Source: Octopus vulgaris
Lineage: Eukaryota
DNA: 64,000 bases
NCBI GenBank assembly: GCA_951406725.2
Contig: OX597828.1
Coordinates: 7,936,001 to 8,000,000, forward strand
Reading direction: 5' to 3'
In this document: positions 12,683 through 27,600 of the stretch, piece after piece
Numbering within the stretch: position 1 is the stretch's first letter
Layout: the number at the start of each line of letters is the position of its first letter
The notes under the pieces: model-generated
Told to the model about the DNA's origin: nothing
Databases searched by the model: none
What the model saw: only the letters and a program-made list of their open reading frames with translations
Made by a program: the position numbers and the translations under genes

Positions 12683-12720
<38 letters not shown>

Positions 12721-12732
12721 AGAGAGAGAGAG

Positions 12733-12791
<59 letters not shown>

Positions 12792-13242
12792 GTGGGAGAA
12801 AGACAGGAAGAGATGGAAACATGTGGATCAGATTTAAAGGGATATATTTGTATAGATGTGAGGTGGACAAAAGAGGATGTAGTAAATGTGAAAAGTTGAA
12901 AAATTCAGAATTGCCTTTTGCGATGATGTGGTAGTGATGGTGGTGGTGAAGGACAATATCTGAGAATCGCAGAAGAAAGGGATTTGGTCAGGGAAATTTT
13001 TTGAGCAGGCAAGGAATGTGTGGTGTCAAGCATGTACCTCACAACCATATACACATACATAGTCACTTATCATTGCATACAATCTTTTATAAGCAATATT
13101 AAATTATAGAATTGTATGCAATAAATGAAGAAGTAAAAATACCAACGATTTTGAAATACGAATTTGAGACAGCTTCTATTAAAGTTACTCATCCACACTA
13201 CAAATATACTGTCGTATCTTAACGTGCTGTTTTTTTGTTTTG

Positions 13243-13538
13243 TTCCTTCTCGAGTCATGCCTGGTTCATAGGGGCCGGTTTCCCGGTTTCTTGGCGTATA
13301 GGTTCCCCACCTGGACAGGATGCCGGTCCATCGCAGGTGAGCTGCAAGATGCAGAAGGAAAGAGTGAGAGAAAGTTGTGGCGAAAGAGTCAGCAGAAGTT
13401 TCGTCATTACCTTCTGCCGGAGCCGCGTGGAGCTTAGGTGTTTCGCTCATAAACACACACATCGTCCGGTCTGAGATTCGAACTTGCGATCCCTCGACTG
13501 CGAGCCCGCTGCTCTAACCACTAGGCCATTTGCCTCCA
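13243..13538 (-). mobile_element. SINE family C, tRNA-Arg-like head
   Basis: Minus strand A box TGGCCTAGTGG, B box GTTCGAATC, TCG at about the anticodon position, A-rich tail; homologous to 50675-50965. Confidence 0.85.
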
Positions 13539-13964
13539 CCTTAATGTGGTGGTGGGTGGAGCAGACGATTTTCCGAGGATTGATGCAATAGATGTTACAG
13601 AATCTTTGCTATCTAACAACGGGTGTAACTTCACTTTTTTGGCTTAAGCTTTTAATCAGACAGGTATGTGAGATAGAATCATAAATAGGAATATAATCCT
13701 AGACGTGTGGAAGTGAGGGGGAGAGATAAACATAACCAGGGGACCTGGAATAAATGATTATACCAGAGTAAACTCCGCCAAAGGTATCCGAGGTATCACG
13801 CCGTGATTTTAGCTGGTGACGGATTAACTAAATCATACAAGAAGATGTTTATGGTATTGAAGCTTAGAATACAAAGAAACGAAAGAAATATCTCAAATAT
13901 CTGCTCCAGCAGCTTTACAAATCTACATTATACAAAATTGAATATGTTAGATTGTATTTCAGCA

Positions 13965-14370
13965 TATGCTTTAATATGAATGGCCTCTTCAAGACACCCG
14001 CGACCATCCTGTACAGCGATCGCGTCAACGGGAAACGACATCGAGGCGTCCCAAAACGCAGATTAAAAAAAACAACTGATGTCACTCTTTCAAGCCGAAG
14101 TCACCCGTAACTGGGAAACGGAAGCTGTTGCCCGTCCATCTTGCTGTTCCATTTTCGAGAAGAGGAGAAAGTTTGAAGAAGTAAAATGTAATGCAAGGCC
14201 CGGCAAAGCGAACCATGACCACCACCCGCCCTGCTATGCGATCACTGCCCGAGACTGTTCCATTCCACACTTGGCCTTCTGAGTTGTGCCAGATTTAAGC
14301 ATCATGGAGTCACCGGATTAAACGAATTCGGACACGAATTCGGACGATAACAATGACGATGATGATAATT
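13965..14370 (+). mobile_element. RTE-clade LINE 3' remnant
   Basis: Decayed translation PATILYSDRVNGKRHRGVPKRRLK, WETEAVARPS and terminal LCDHCPRLFHSTLGLLS finger; ends in short tandem repeats (acgaattcggac x2, GAT-rich). Confidence 0.7.
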
Positions 14371-14748
14371 GGAAACAATAACGAATCGATTCATTCTTAA
14401 TACGTTCGAACGTGAATATCTGATAGCTATTGTTATTCGCTATTAGAAGACATGTCCTACCTTTAAATGATGTGTGCTCACAACACACGTGATTGACCAG
14501 TGTAAGGGGTCTTTGATACTACGCAGTCTTTCAACCTCGTTTTGCGTCTCTTCTGTCAAAGCTACCCCACACCGATCTATCTCACAAGAGCATTAACCAT
14601 TGTTTATAGGAATCTACAAATTATTTATTAATGCGTGTTGATATTAATTCATGATGTAGACGACAATCAGATATTAATTCATGAGGTAAATGCAGAGCAG
14701 CGAAAATTCAAATAAAGTATGTATTCATTCCTAATACGTTCTGGCATA

Positions 14749-15068
14749 AAGGCACGTGGCTTAGCGATGAGGGTATTCGGCTCACGATGATAAGGTCACT
14801 AGTTCGATTTTTGGCAGCGCGTTTTGTCCCTGAGTAAGACAATTTATTTCATGTTGTTCCAGTTCACTCAGCTGGCAAAAATGAGTAGTACCTGCGTTTT
14901 AAAAGGCCACCCTTATTACATTCTGTGCTACGCTGAATCGCCCTGAAAACTACGTTAAGGATACGCGTGTTTGTGGAGTGCTCAGCCACTTGCACGTTAC
15001 TTTCGCGAGCTGTCTGTTCCATTGATTGGATCAATTGAAACTCTCATCGTCGTAAGCGACAGAGTACC
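14749..15068 (+). mobile_element. SINE family D, full length with 13-bp target-site duplication
   Basis: A box-like tggcttagcga, B box gttcgatt; acgttctggcata repeated exactly at 14736-14748 and 15069-15081. Confidence 0.85.
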
Positions 15069-15710
15069 ACGTTCTGGCATATTCGAACATATCTGATTAC
15101 TGTTGCTATTAGGTATCAGAGGGCATCTTCCTTTTAAAGGATAAGTATACATACTACCCGTGTTTCACCGGTGCAAGGGACTTAGAGCTAATGCTCTGGT
15201 GAGATTCGTCAATCCGAGGTAATTTCGACTGAAGTGATGCACAAAGTGATCAAACCAACGCCATTTTTCAAAGTCTCCGTAAAATAATTCATTATCAAAG
15301 AAGACAGAAGCAGATTTTATTGGTTGATTATTTTGCCTTATTGCACTTATTTCTCTTCGAATATCTTTGGTAATCTTAAGAGAAATATTTGAATGGAATG
15401 CGCATAATTTCATTCTGCTTGATTTAATGATACGAGTGAGCAAGTATAGCTGTGTGGGTAAGAAATTCGTTTCGTACTTTCCACCCCATGTGATTTGTCT
15501 CAGTCCCACGGTGAGGCGACTAAGGCAAGTAACCACTACTCTTGCCCTGCACTGAATCTGTGTATGCCTGGGTGCGTGTGCGTGAACCTTTTTCCTTGCT
15601 TGTTCTCCCATAGCTTGACAAATGCTGCTTTTTTACGTCCCTACAATTTTTGGTTCGTGCAAAACAATAAAAGAAACGGATAAATATCAGGTTTAAAATT
15701 TGTGGGACTC

Positions 15711-16276
15711 TCGGGTTGTTCGGAAAGTTCGTGCCGATTTATACTAGCTTAATTTCGACTTAATTTAGAACATGGTTGAGTCCATAAAATAGGATTTGAC
15801 TACACCTCCATTTAGAGCACAGTTTAAGCTATCTTTTCGTGGAAGAAGGTTTATGTTCCTATAAGCTGTGTTAATTCTATAACCTTTTAAAATGGAAGAT
15901 AAGAAAGTTCATTTTCGGCACTTGATGTTTTGGGAACCAGACAAAAATTGCTGCAGCTCGGCTGGGATGTGTTACCCCACCCTCCATATTCACCAGATAT
16001 TGTTCCTTCGGATTTCCACTTACTCAGGTTTCTGCAGAATAGTGTTTATGGTAAAAAATTCAATTCCTTGGATGACGTAAAATAGTACCTTGATGAATTC
16101 TTTGCCATGAAAGCACCTCAATTCTGACAAAACGGTATTTTCAAGTTAAAGGAAAGATGGAGATGCATTGTGCAACAAAATGATTCATATTTGGTTGATT
16201 AAAAATGTAATGGCAAAGTATTTATTGAACTTTTTCTTTTCTTTAAAACTCGGCACGAACTTTCCGAACAAGCCAA
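15711..16276 (+). mobile_element. Internally deleted mariner transposon
   Basis: About 30-bp TIRs (gttgttcggaaagttcgtgccga / tcggcacgaactttccgaacaag), TA at right end; N-terminal MEDKKVHFRHLMFWE fused to LGWDVLPHPPYSPDIVPSDFHL (YSPD.APSD-type motif). Confidence 0.9.
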
Positions 16277-17345
16277 TAAATCCTCTAAGACAATGCCTAG
16301 CATGGCTACAGTCCAATGACAGACAAAGAATACCTAATAGGTATTCTAGCAGGTCGAAAGCCTGAAATGCTGTACCTATGCATTAAACTACCGCCATCAC
16401 CACAACAACTAAATTCACAGTCATCTTCATCATCGTCGTAGTCGTTGTCATCGTTGTCACCATCATAAAAGTCTTCATCATCATTGAACGCAGAGTCTGC
16501 ATTAAACTCTTTGCTCTATCTAACCAACCAGCATTATGTTCTGAGATTGAATGTAAAGCAGCTACAACAGACATCATCAATATACTGCAGCATTAACCCC
16601 TTCCTCTATAAATTTGTGCCAATTCGGAATTCATCGACGTCAACATCGTTATCGTTGCTGTCGTCATCTTTATTGAATATTATTTAAATTAACAGAAACG
16701 CTGAAATTCTGACAACGACTGAGTGCCATCCGCACGCAAAATGAAAATCACGTTAGTACCATCACACCTAATGCAGTGAGGAAAACACTCTAACAGACAA
16801 TATAATAATTGTCATGGTGTATTTATATATTTTGTGTCACGTAAAGTGTCCTGACTATATTTGAATATTTTTGCATATTATTCTTAATCATAGCTCCGAA
16901 TGTTGTAATTTATTTTTTCAGAAATGATTCGATTTGCCGGAGGAAATATCAGAGTGAAATCGCACAAAATGTGCAATATTAATCATCTTCTGTACAGAAA
17001 ATTTGTATATATAATAGACGACAGGCTACACTTAACTACACGTTCGTTTGTTTAGAATATTCCTAAATATAATGCATAGATTCTGTGGAGTTAGCCTATT
17101 ATTTTCAGAGGAATGTCACCATATGTCTGGAATCTAGTGTTCGGTATTTATTATTACAATATTACACAACTTTTACTAGTGTCTCTGCTTTCCTGCGTGT
17201 TTCATATATGTTTATGTGTGAGGATGAATGTGAGGCGCGAACATGCTTGAATGTAGAAATTCTATGTGTGTTTCTGTGAGTATGTCTAAGATTATGCGCG
17301 TGTGAATGTACAGATATATGTGTGAGTAAACTTGAATATTTTGGA

Positions 17346-17409
<64 letters not shown>

Positions 17410-17419
17410 CACAGAGGTA

Positions 17420-17597
17420 GATACATAAATGTATATATATACGGCGGGATTCTGTCATTTCCCGTCTACCAAATCCACTCACAATGCCTCGATCGGGCCG
17501 AGGATATAATAAACACTTATGCAAGGTGACATGTAGTAGACTGAACCTGGAACCATATGGTTGGGATGCAAACTTCGTACCACACACCCACGCCTGC
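17420..17597 (-). mobile_element. SINE family B, 5' half
   Basis: ccgtctaccaaatccactcac…gactgaacctggaaccatatgg reverse match to family B. Confidence 0.8.
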
Positions 17598-17640
<43 letters not shown>

Positions 17641-17647
<7 letters not shown>

Positions 17648-17880
17648 CAAAAGAAAAACAGGATGCAAAGGATTTAGCGGTACATATGTTTCTGGCTTTA
17701 TTGGACAATTTATATCAATGCATAATTGATGTAACATGTATGTCAATAGCCTTCTTCTGCCGCGCACAATTACCACACCAAAGACATGTATTACATTATG
17801 CATTGATATAAATTGTCCAATAAAGCCAGAAACATATGTACCGCTAAATCATTTGCATCCTGTTTTTCTTTTGATAAATA
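17641..17880. repeat. 86-bp near-perfect inverted repeat (85/86) with 68-bp spacer
   Basis: 17641-17726 vs 17795-17880; left arm starts at a (TA)n tract. Confidence 0.95.
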
Positions 17881-17950
17881 TACCCTATCACCTACACCAC
17901 TAACTGGCATATACAGGTGCTTACAGTAATCAAGTATTCACCCTGAATTT

Positions 17951-18031
<81 letters not shown>

Positions 18032-18587
18032 ATATATTGATGTCTACATTCCTTCGGGATATATATATATATACAGTACTTACATATTTTCAGCGGATAT
18101 GTTAATCATATTAATGTTTATGTCCTGCATGCAAAGTCGTTATGCTGCGTTGTGACCAGAAAGAAGCGCATGTATTCAATGAAAGATTAAATTTGACACC
18201 AAGCATAAACCTGCTGTACCCTCATTTGCAGTGACCATCAACAATCCGCATATATTTTCACTTTTATTGAAGAATTATAATTTTCTAATTTTCAAATTAT
18301 TTAAAACGAACATAGTTGATGCTATTATCCATTTATGATGACATCAAGTGGGAATAAAAAAATGATGTCACTACGTTTCCCCCTTTTTTTTTCTAGTTGT
18401 ACTCCTAGGTAAAAGATGATACTTGATGACGCTTACTGGTGTACATTACTGGAGAAATATATAGTAACTTTGTTCACAGAAGTTTCATTTGTAAGCAGAA
18501 GACTATACTATGTTGAGAAGTGTTAATGATAACAAGAGTTGGCGCCCGTCCTTGTCAAATGTAGATTACTATATTATTAGCCATATG

Positions 18588-18800
18588 AAGGTGGCGAGCT
18601 GGCAGAATCATTAACTACTTCGGGAAAATACTTAGTCGCATTTCTTCAGATTTTACCTTCTAAGTTCAAATACTATCGGGGTCGACTTGATTTTCATCCT
18701 TTCGGGTTCGATAAATTTAGTACCAGTTGAATACTCGGGTCCAAGTAATCGGCATATTGACTCCTCATTTGCTGGCCTTGTTCCAAAATTTAAAATCAAT
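18588..18800 (+). mobile_element. SINE family A, diverged copy
   Basis: ggtggcgagctggcagaatc head; gctggccttgttccaaaattt tail. Confidence 0.75.
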
Positions 18801-19483
18801 ATATCAGGATACATGTTTTGAAATATTTTCTTCTCCTCCTCCGTAAGCATTTTATCTTTTATCTCTTGCTTGTTTCAGTCATTACACAACGGTCATACTG
18901 GGGCACCGTCTTGAAGAATTTGTAGGTGAATCGACATTAGTATTTAAATATTTTTAAAGCCTGCTTTCTATCTTATCGGTCTGTTTTGCCGGCCCGCTGT
19001 TATGAGGTCGTAAACACACCAACGCCGGTTGTCAAGCGGTAGTGGTGGTGGTGAACAACAAACACACATAAACACAAACACGCACATATATTTATTACAT
19101 ATGCGTGTGTGCGCGTATGTGTGCGTGCGTGCACGTGCGCGCGTGTGTACAATATGTAATAATTCCAGTTGTTGCCATGATACTTAATATATCAAAGAAA
19201 CAGTCTAATAATTTTAATTAATGAAATGGAATGAATAGTCGCAAGCCTGGCTATGTGGTAAGAAACCTCACTCCCGACCACATGACGCGGGGGTCAGTCC
19301 CACTGTATGTCACCTTGGCCAAGTGTCTTTTTCTATAGCCTCGGGCTGTCAAAGCCTTCTGTATATTTCCTTGTTATATTATATGTGATGGTAATAACTG
19401 GAATTCTTACACATAGTGTAATCATACCCAACTGAACGCCCAACACTTGGGTTCCGGAGAAAGCACTCTTAGATATATGAATA

Positions 19484-19718
19484 CTCTCTCTTTACTCTTT
19501 ACTCTTTTACTTGTTTCAGTCATTTGGCTGTGGCCATGCTGGAACACTGCCTTTAGTCAAGCAAATCGGTCCCAGGACTTATTCTTTGCAAGCCTAGTAC
19601 TTATATTATCGGTCTCTTTTGCCGAGCCACTTACGGGGACGTAAACACACCAGCATCGGTTGTCAAGCGATGTTGGGTGGACAAAGACAGACACAGAAAC
19701 ATATGAACACGCACATAA

Positions 19719-19774
<56 letters not shown>

Positions 19775-19939
19775 ACGACGGGCTCCTTTCAGTTTCCGTC
19801 TACCGAGTTCACTCATAAGGCTTTGGTCGACTCGAGGCTATAGTAGAAGACACTTGCGCAAGGTGCCACGCATTGGGACTGAACCCGGAACCATGTGCTT
19901 CGTAAGCAAGCTACTTACCACTCAGTCACACCTACGCCT
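19484..19939 (-). mobile_element. SINE family B, full length
   Basis: Head, internal (TA)n and (gtaaaaga)n tail all present in reverse orientation. Confidence 0.9.
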
Positions 19940-20277
19940 GAACAATATTTTAAAACTATATTACCAATATTGCATATTAGATTAACTTAGTAAATCAATG
20001 AAACTTACCTAAATAATTTCTAGCTGTAACCACATTATTTCTAAAATTATTTACTTATGTTAGAACGTGTTTCGCCATTCTTCCTTTTGTCCTTTGATAC
20101 TTTTGGAGACACGTAAAATATATCAGTAGAACAGACCACTTACAATCCAGAAAATTCATTTTATCGCATACGCAAAATTTCTGATGTTTTCTTTATTTAC
20201 ACCCCATTTAAATTATCCTACATTCCAATAAAAATAGATTTATAGACAAGCAAGACTCCGTAAATAAATAACTAGAT

Positions 20278-20297
20278 AAATAATAATAATAATAATG

Positions 20298-20360
<63 letters not shown>

Positions 20361-20618
20361 GTAATAATGTTAATGAGACAAAGAAGAAGAAGAAGAAGAA
20401 AAAGAAGAAGAAGAAGAAGGAGGAGGAGGAGGAGGAGGAGAAGAAGGAGAAACAACAACAGAAAAAAGTGGGAGATAAAATGGTACTTAAATGGCTGATT
20501 GCTTTGGAAGAATTTGAAGTTACATTTAAATTAATTCTAGAAGACTTAATCAAAGCTACACCATTTTAGAAACAACAACACCAACATTAAGAGCAACAAT
20601 ATCAACAACGAGAATGGG

Positions 20619-20650
<32 letters not shown>

Positions 20651-20821
20651 ATGATGATTATGATGATGTTGACGACGACGATGATGATGATGATGATGAT
20701 GATGATGAAAACCAGTGCCTAGATTTAGTAACAAATGATTGATATCGTATTTCAAGAGGACATGTCACTACACTACATGCAATCTATTCTGTGATACAGC
20801 ATGTACTTCAACGATAACAAG

Positions 20822-20864
<43 letters not shown>

Positions 20865-20952
20865 CGACGACGATGATAATGGAAATAATATTAATAACGA
20901 TGATGATGCTGATGATGATGAGGATGACGACGACGACGACGACGATGACAAT
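20278..20952. repeat. Cluster of trinucleotide microsatellites (TAA, GAA/GGA, GAT, CAA, GAC)
   Basis: Directly visible. Confidence 0.9.
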
Positions 20953-21570
20953 AATGCGATTAATAGTTAGTGGCAGTAATAATTATAGTTGTAAAGACAA
21001 TAGTAAAATGACTGCAAAATACTATGTAGATATATAAACAAAATATAAGAATGAATAATTAATTTGCGGACCAGAAATATTTGCTTCTCATATATCTCAC
21101 ACTTGTGTCGCTGGTACACATTTTACTGTTGATTTTGGTCCACTCAATAATACCGTTTCCTTCGTTATGCATTTCTATTAATCGATGTACGTGGTATTGT
21201 AAGCGTATATTTCTATATTTATTATAAGAACGTTTGCACAACAGTAAATGAGAAGTTTGTTTTGCCTTCTCTGTTTCATTGTATATTTCTTTCTTTCTTT
21301 CTTTCATTTCATTTTGGGGGGGGGGCAATTTTCCTCTTTACTTCCTCCTGTTTGTCGAAGCTCTCGAAATTATTAGTCTGATGTCTGTCTGTGCTTCGGA
21401 TTCAATATACAGTAATATCGTCATGTGGTTGCACACACACAGGCACACACACACACACACACACACACACAAGCACACACACACATACACACACACAGAG
21501 AGGAAAAGGCACTGACGTGCACACACATAAATTGTCATACATATGCTTACATATATTCTTATATTTATAT

Positions 21571-21676
<106 letters not shown>

Positions 21677-21811
21677 GAGCCATAAGTGTAATGAGAGTGA
21701 AGAGGGAGGCATAGAACACAGATTGTCAACCTCGCAAGCTAGCTGTACGTGCTCGTTACAAGATGGTATAACTTTTAACTGTAGAATAACGACGTCGTCG
21801 TCAACATCGTT

Positions 21812-22266
21812 ATTATTACCTCCGCCTTCGCTAAGGCGCTGGTATTTTTTCAGTCGTGTTTGTTCATTTGTTTGTCCGTAGATCTTACGTTAACTTTCAA
21901 GTCTTTTCCAATTATCTCCTTTTAGGTTGTAAGTATTTTGAATTGTGAATCTGTTAACTTTGGCTTGTATTAAATAAAAATAAACTAACTATTACCGTCG
22001 CAACATTTTCTACAACGACTTTCACATTCCATGACTATCATTGTGGCCGGTCAGGTACCGGACAAGGATTCTTGATTATTCTTTGTTTTTCTTTTTTTTT
22101 TTAATTTAATTTTTGAGAGCGGTTGGGTTCATTTCTAGTATTCTAGTTTGTGAGAGCAGTCCAGTTTCTTTCAGATATTCTCATTTCAAATATCATCTTT
22201 GGCTAATTGGTGAGAGGACATTGGTGTTGCCTTGGCGGAGGTTTGCGCTCACAGCGAGCTCTTGTT
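21812..22266 (+). mobile_element. Non-autonomous Helentron-type element (HINE/DINE-1-like)
   Basis: Sub-terminal inverted repeats acctccgcc (21818-21826) / ggcggaggt (22234-22242), 5' self-complementary gcctt…aaggc, (TTTG)-like run, 3' hairpin gctc…gagc, T-rich ends. Confidence 0.7.
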
Positions 22267-22680
22267 TCTCTTTCCTTTTAGAGAAATCACTCATGCTTAT
22301 GAATAACAGATTGCTTTCAGCTTTCGAGAAGGGATTCTCTTACACTAAGATGAAAGGAAAAGATGAAGCAAGTACTAACTTTGTGGGTCCTCATAATTTT
22401 GAAAGCTACACACGTTAATAGTGATTTTTTTTAATACTGCAAATCAGTTTCCGGATCCCAGCTCAGAGTACGATAAAGTTGGTCAATGCTTTCTACAACC
22501 GGTTCGGGTAAAGCAGTGCTCTGTGAATGGGACTCGATAGTACAAGGCTGAAGAATAAGTACTTGGATTGATTCGTTCAGCCAAAATTCTTCAGGGTGAT
22601 GCAGCAGCTTGGTCGCAGACGAATGACTGAAGCAGTAAACGATAAAGGTTAAAAGATAACATCTGTGTGTGTGTGCGCGT

Positions 22681-22744
<64 letters not shown>

Positions 22745-22887
22745 CGATCGATCGATAGCTAGATAGATAACAACACACTCGTATAAAACTATGATAAATA
22801 TGATGTAGTTCCATTCTTAAAACTTCGTCCTGAAATCTTTTGAAAATATACCTTGATAATCCCTTCGTTAACAATATAATAAAGATC

Positions 22888-23091
22888 TATTTCTTTACTA
22901 CCAACAAGGGGCTAAACACAGAGGGGTCAAACAAGGACAGACAAACGGATTAAGTCGATTACATCGACCCCAGTGCGTAACTGGTACTTATTTAACCGAC
23001 CCCGAAAGGATGAAAGGCAAAGTCGACCTCTGCGGAATTTGAACTCAGAACGTAACGGCAGACGAAATACGACTACGCATTTCGCCCGGCG
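22888..23091 (-). mobile_element. SINE family A
   Basis: Close match to 1377-1609. Confidence 0.9.
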
Positions 23092-23539
23092 GATCATTCT
23101 AACATTCTTTTATTAAGGTTATATTTTCCTATATTTCCCTTTGATTCCATAACTATCGATTGCAGTTTGAAGGGGATTTTCTAGTCAAGCCATCATGCAG
23201 GAGATTCATCGTATACCTATTATCAGTTATCTCATACCATTTGCAATTTTGGAAAATCACCATTATATTTCTTGCACGAAATTTTGGCCAACGTTCATCC
23301 ATTTAAATCAAAGTTTCTCAAAGATTTTTTATCTATCGACCCCTTTGATTACTTTTTATTCCGGTGGATCCTCATAGCAAATAAATGTTTCAAAACTAGT
23401 TTTATAGAATCTTCTTTCAAAATTCTTATTTTGTCTTTCCCACATTAACTTATGTAGGTTAAACTATGTAAAATTGTAGTGAAAGAAACTTATTTGTTTC
23501 TTGCAATACATATATCTGAAGCAAAATTTTTTCAGGGTG

Positions 23540-23647
23540 TCTTAAAATACTGCTGTGTGTCCCCCAATTTACTATTTTGCGGCGTGGAACCCATATAATC
23601 TTATATGGTCTCTCCGAGGCCATATGGGTCCCGGTTGAGAACCACTG
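23540..23647. mobile_element. Possible hAT/Charlie-type MITE end
   Basis: Ends ggttgagaaccactg (reverse complement cagtggttctcaacc, a typical Charlie-type TIR); no partner TIR found. Confidence 0.4.
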
Positions 23648-25027
23648 GGTTAGATCACTGGCTTTCCGCTACTTTTGAATTCCTCGAGTACTAAGATCAA
23701 ATAAAAAACAAACAGCTAATTCGTATGTGAAGCTAGAATCCAATTTATTGAATGTTAAAATTTAGAAAGAATTGTTGAAAGCCCTTTTTTACCGTGTTTT
23801 ATTAGTAATACAAGTGTGTAGGAAATTATGCCCTTCAAGCTTTAGTATGAATTTTCTTTTACCTTATATTACGTATTTTGAATTCCACAATGCACCTAGT
23901 TTTTCTTTGGGGCACAACAGCGTCATATACATGTACAAAATGCTTGGAGGATATGGACTTTATTATGTCTAAGAACCTATTCTAAGAACCTATGTCGCTC
24001 AGCGATTTACAAATAAATAAATGAACAAACACACGAGCAAATAGCCATTTTCCCTTTCGATAAACCTATAAGTATTTTGAAACCTATTTTATTCCAGGAT
24101 ATGCAGTTTCTCCAATCTTTTAAAAGAAAACCACCGATTCTTTATGCCTTAACATTTTAGAGATTGTGTTACCTTCCAGGAAACTTGCTGTTTTTATCCT
24201 CATTGAACAACCCTTACCGAAATGAAATGTTAGAAACACATGAAATAATGCCCCTTATATTTAGTTCCCCTTCTCTTAAAAACTTAATAATATTATATTC
24301 CTGCTTCGTTTCTATTACATGTCATTAAGTTTTGTCTTTTTTTTAATCCATATTCTTCCAATAATTATTAACACCAGCGTTTCTATCAAGACTACTAATA
24401 CTCCCTCTTCACCACTAACATCACCATCAATGTCAGATCACAACCACCAATACCACACTCAGCGCCTTCTACATTACCATCACCATTACCGCACAACACG
24501 GACCAACGAAAGAGTCGCTGCACAGCCACTCAACCTGCTAGAAATAGCTGTCTAAATCACACCGTTTTTCCCTTAAAAAATGGTGGGGGGAATCATGGAT
24601 AATGTAATCCTAGAGTCTTAGAATTAGGCAATGACCACGGATTGCCTTTGGTTAGAGATCATCTCCGATCAGGGTCGATTTGGTATTATGCAGGAAGAAT
24701 AACATCAGAGTGACTTACACGATCACACCACTCAAAACTCCTCCTCATCCTCCTCCTCTCCTCCTACTACCACCCTCACCACTGTTGTTGCTGCTGCTGC
24801 TGATGTAGCAGGAGTTGTTTTTCAAAATGCTTAATTTTGCGATGCCATCTGTTCATTCCATCACCAAACGATGCCAATACCTTTCGGGTGTAGCTGGTTC
24901 CTGACGAAGGAAATTTCGGTGTTAATTCTAACAGATGTCCAGTCCGGGATATTTAGAGAGACATATTAATTACTAATTTTCGTTTAAGGAACAAGAATAT
25001 ATTCAAATTAATATTGGGGAAGAAAGT

Positions 25028-25455
25028 AAGGCAGAGAGGTGACAGAATCATAAGCACCCCGAACAAAATGCTTAGAGGTATTTCGTCCGACTTGACGTTC
25101 TGAATCAAAATTTCGCCGAGGTCGACTTTACCTTTCATCCTTTCGGGGTCGATAAAATAAGTGCCAGTTGAGTACTTATTTACCCCCTTCCCCGAGGTGG
25201 CTGGCCTTATGCCAAAATTTCCAACCAATATTATAGAAGACGATTAAGGCAGTGAGCTGAAAAAAATCGTTAACCCTGCCGGGGAAAATGCCTAGTGGTA
25301 TTTCGTTCGTCTTTACGTTCTGCATTCAAATTCCACCGGGGTAGGCTTTTTTTTCCCTCTATTTGGGGTCGATAAAATCAATAGCAGTCGAGCACGGGTA
25401 ATTGGTTTACCCACTCAGCTGAAATTGAAGCCCTTGTACCAAATTTTGAAACCAA
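25028..25455 (+). mobile_element. Two adjacent diverged SINE A copies
   Basis: Two head-core-ggccttgtgccaaaattt-like units (about 25028-25230 and 25247-25455). Confidence 0.75.
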
Positions 25456-26473
25456 TTTAGGGAAGTAATTTTTTTTATTTTGCATTGCTGTGATACTGTT
25501 GATGCTGACACGACTGCTACGTACACCCGTGTACAAGCAGTTTCGGTTCTAACACCATTTCCTTCCGTACAGATAGCCTATATGCCACCCAACTCCAACA
25601 AACTAATTCAGCACTACCTCCACAAACATAGAATACGAAAATATTGCGTCTCTCACTCTCTCGTCTTGGTAATATGCAATGGAAACATTTCAAGGTACCA
25701 CAAATACTAGACAGAAGCATCTGATATTCTACTTTCACTGTGTCGTTGAAATTCGATCTTACCAATCTCAAAAGTCCTGGAAAATTACTCTTCTAACTTT
25801 TCTGCTCTTTACCATCACCCAACATACTGTAACAATTTTCTGAATTTAAAAAAAAAATAATTTGTTAAAAAATAATGAGGATAATTCTAAGCATTAGAAA
25901 ATGCTAATTTTCGTTTCCACATAATTTCTCTGTATTGATAATATTTGATGAGTTAACTTATATTTTTTGCAACATCATCAATTCTGACATTTTAAAAGAA
26001 AATTTATCTTATACTAAAAAGGATGTGTGAAAAAAAAAGTAAATGAGAGATAAATAAATTAATGACCTATGGAAAATTGGAAGAAAAATATAGATAAAAC
26101 CAGAAAAAAAAAACAAATTTTAAAAATATGAAATTTTGAAGAAAAATGCTTTTGCAGTTGCGAGAAAAATTGTTTAGATTCTCTAAATACTTATATTTAT
26201 CTATATATATTTTTATTAATTTATTTATAACTCTACAATGTGTGATGTATATAATTTTTTAATTTTTCATCATTTTCTTCTAAAACTGAAACTGTCTTTT
26301 CTTGAGTTAGTTTCACACTTTATTTGCCGTTCACACTATATTTGTCTGTTGTTCAAGTTCTGTCCAGGCCAACTTCGACTGCTATTTCCCCCTCCTTGCA
26401 AACTTATTGGTCTTATGCCTAAGTCATACAATTGTAGCACAGTAAGTAGAGTGGTAGAATAGTTAGCGCATAA

Positions 26474-27600
<1,127 letters not shown>

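Noticed and set aside
12370-13035. Possible decayed LINE 3' end on the minus strand
   Set aside because: No diagnostic peptide motif could be read
13465-13538. tRNA-Arg gene
   Set aside because: Acceptor stem does not pair and the sequence continues into a SINE body; it is a SINE head
23969-23993. Short tandem duplication of ctaagaacctat
   Set aside because: Could be a footprint but is indistinguishable from simple slippage
24901-24950. CTGACGA hammerhead-like core
   Set aside because: No stem II plus GAAA plus UH arrangement downstream
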